Origin: Jatrophihabitantaceae bacterium
Lineage (GTDB): Bacteria; Actinomycetota; Actinomycetes; Mycobacteriales; Jatrophihabitantaceae
Reading direction: 5' to 3'
Length of the DNA: 24,000 bases
Assembly (NCBI GenBank): GCA_036506155.1
Contig: DASXSF010000014.1
Span: 2,415 to 26,414 of the forward strand
Part shown: positions 23,235-24,000 of the stretch, in pieces
Numbering within the stretch: the stretch's first letter is position 1
How the letters are laid out: the number at the start of each line of letters is the position of its first letter
The notes under the pieces: model-generated
Database searches by the model: none
Told to the model about the DNA's origin: nothing
What the model saw: only the letters and a program-made list of their open reading frames with translations
Position numbers and translations under genes: made by a program

Positions 23235-24000
23235 CGATCATCGAATCCGCGCTGCTTCGTCCGCACGCCGAGCAGGCGTATGCGGCCGAGCTCGCCGCGC
23301 TCGCCACCGCCGATGACCGACCACGCCCGCCGTCCTGGCGGCTGTCGCCGCACGCCGTCGTTGACTACGTCCTGGGCACAACGACGGCGGATGGGACGGT
23401 CGTCACCCCGAAGTACGTCGGGCCCAGGCGGCTGATCGAGGTCGCCGTGGCCACCCTCGCCACCGACCGTGCCCTGCTGTTGCTCGGCGTCCCGGGTACC
23501 GCGAAGACGTGGATCTCGGAGCATCTCGCCGCGGCCATCTCGGGGGATTCGAGGCTGCTCGTGCAGGGCACGTCCGGCACGGCGGAGGAGGCGATCCGCT
23601 ACGGGTGGAACTATGCGCGGCTGCTGGCCGACGGCCCGACGCGGGCGGCACTGGTCCCGTCGCCGGTCATGACCGCGATGAGCGAAGGACGCATCGCCCG
23701 CGTCGAGGAGCTCACCCGGATCCCGTCCGACATCCAGGACGCGCTGATCACCATCCTCTCCGAGAAGACGCTTCCCATTCCGGAGCTGGGCACCGAGGTC
23801 CAGGCGAGGAAGGGCTTCAACGTCATCGCCACGGCCAACGACCGCGACCGCGGAATCAACGAACTGTCCTCGGCGCTGCGCAGGCGGTTCAACACCGTCG
23901 TCATGCCGCTGCCGGCGAGTGAAGAGGACGAGGTGGCGATCGTCGCGCGGCGCGTCGAATCGCTCGGTCGCGCCTTGGAGCTTCCCGAAGTGCCGTCCGC
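23231..24000 (+). CDS. AAA+ ATPase, MoxR/AAA_5 (dynein-related) type, N-terminal 256 aa (3' end outside window)
   Basis: Not in the supplied ORF track, because it has no stop in the window. My translation from GTG 23231 is VTIIESALLRPHAEQAYAAELAALATADDRPRPPSWRLSPHAVVDYVLG...ALLLLGVPGTAKTWISEHLAAAISG...EGRIARVEELTRIPSDIQDALITILSEKTLPIPELG...FNVIATANDRDRGINELSSALRRRFNTVVMPLP. It shows Walker A, the Walker B region and sensor 1. Confidence 0.88.
   Translation, partial: MTIIESALLRPHAEQAYAAELAALATADDRPRPPSWRLSPHAVVDYVLGTTTADGTVVTPKYVGPRRLIEVAVATLATDRALLLLGVPGTAKTWISEHLAAAISGDSRLLVQGTSGTAEEAIRYGWNYARLLADGPTRAALVPSPVMTAMSEGRIARVEELTRIPSDIQDALITILSEKTLPIPELGTEVQARKGFNVIATANDRDRGINELSSALRRRFNTVVMPLPASEEDEVAIVARRVESLGRALELPEVPS

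Noticed and set aside
304-23524. Numerous long antisense or out-of-frame ORFs (e.g. 304..1032-, 1054..1749-, 2824..3618-, 5738..6391-, 9186..10079+, 10076..10963-, 14046..15443+, 16442..17014+ portion, 17254..17898+, 18853..19587-, 18932..19759+, 21897..22904-, 22196..22906-, 23027..23524-)
   Set aside because: These are typical shadow ORFs of a ~70% GC genome. They overlap well-supported genes and are Arg/Pro/Ala/Gly-rich with no family-like motifs.
1-24000. CRISPR arrays, rRNA genes, retron/RT-associated ncRNA, large direct or inverted repeats bounding an element
   Set aside because: I saw no regularly spaced repeat-spacer pattern, no rRNA-like sequence and no reverse transcriptase gene. 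Apart from the short repeats listed, I could not find long repeated segments by eye. A dot-plot would be needed to exclude them.

Overview
High-GC (about 68-70%) actinobacterial chromosomal DNA; I did not try to assign a genus. All calls rest on reading the supplied translations and the raw sequence. No database or HMM search was run, so family names are recalled from motif patterns.

Layout:
(1) 1-7291 is a core recC (5'-truncated)-recB-recD operon whose genes are joined by GTGA/ATGA stop-start overlaps.
(2) 7.3-11.2 kb holds a compact mobile-DNA-like cassette. It has an AEP primase-polymerase fused to an SF2 helicase (minus strand) that is broken by a 1-nt frameshift exactly in the Walker A loop. 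A tyrosine integrase is transcribed divergently from it. Three 11-bp tandem repeats follow, then an orphan tRNA 3' half (variable arm, T arm, acceptor, CCA) with no 5' half.
(3) 11.2-12.9 kb is a decayed stretch: about 650 bp without codon bias but with hairpins and repeats, a YdeI-family gene, and an IS5-family transposase C-terminal scar.
(4) 12.9-15.2 kb carries a YjjI-type (DUF3029) glycyl-radical enzyme with its YjjW-type radical-SAM activase.
(5) 15.5-16.3 kb carries a two-gene toxin-antitoxin module (RHH/DUF433-like antitoxin plus a DUF5615 PIN-like toxin) with a palindromic operator and a probably leaderless promoter.
(6) 16.4-20.0 kb carries a PEBP/YbhB protein, a 66-aa ORF with a duplicated DLxYDLAH motif, an endonuclease V homolog lacking metal-binding acidic residues, a RibD-C/DHFR-family protein and a conserved hypothetical.
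(7) 20.4-24.0 kb is the start of a translationally coupled SWIM zinc finger - DUF5691-like - MoxR/AAA_5 ATPase operon that runs off the right edge. The ATPase ORF is absent from the supplied ORF track.

The best candidates for an under-described system are the stand-alone AEP-helicase protein with its integrase cassette, the SWIM-DUF5691-AAA cluster, and the YjjI/YjjW radical enzyme pair. No CRISPR array, rRNA or intact tRNA was seen.
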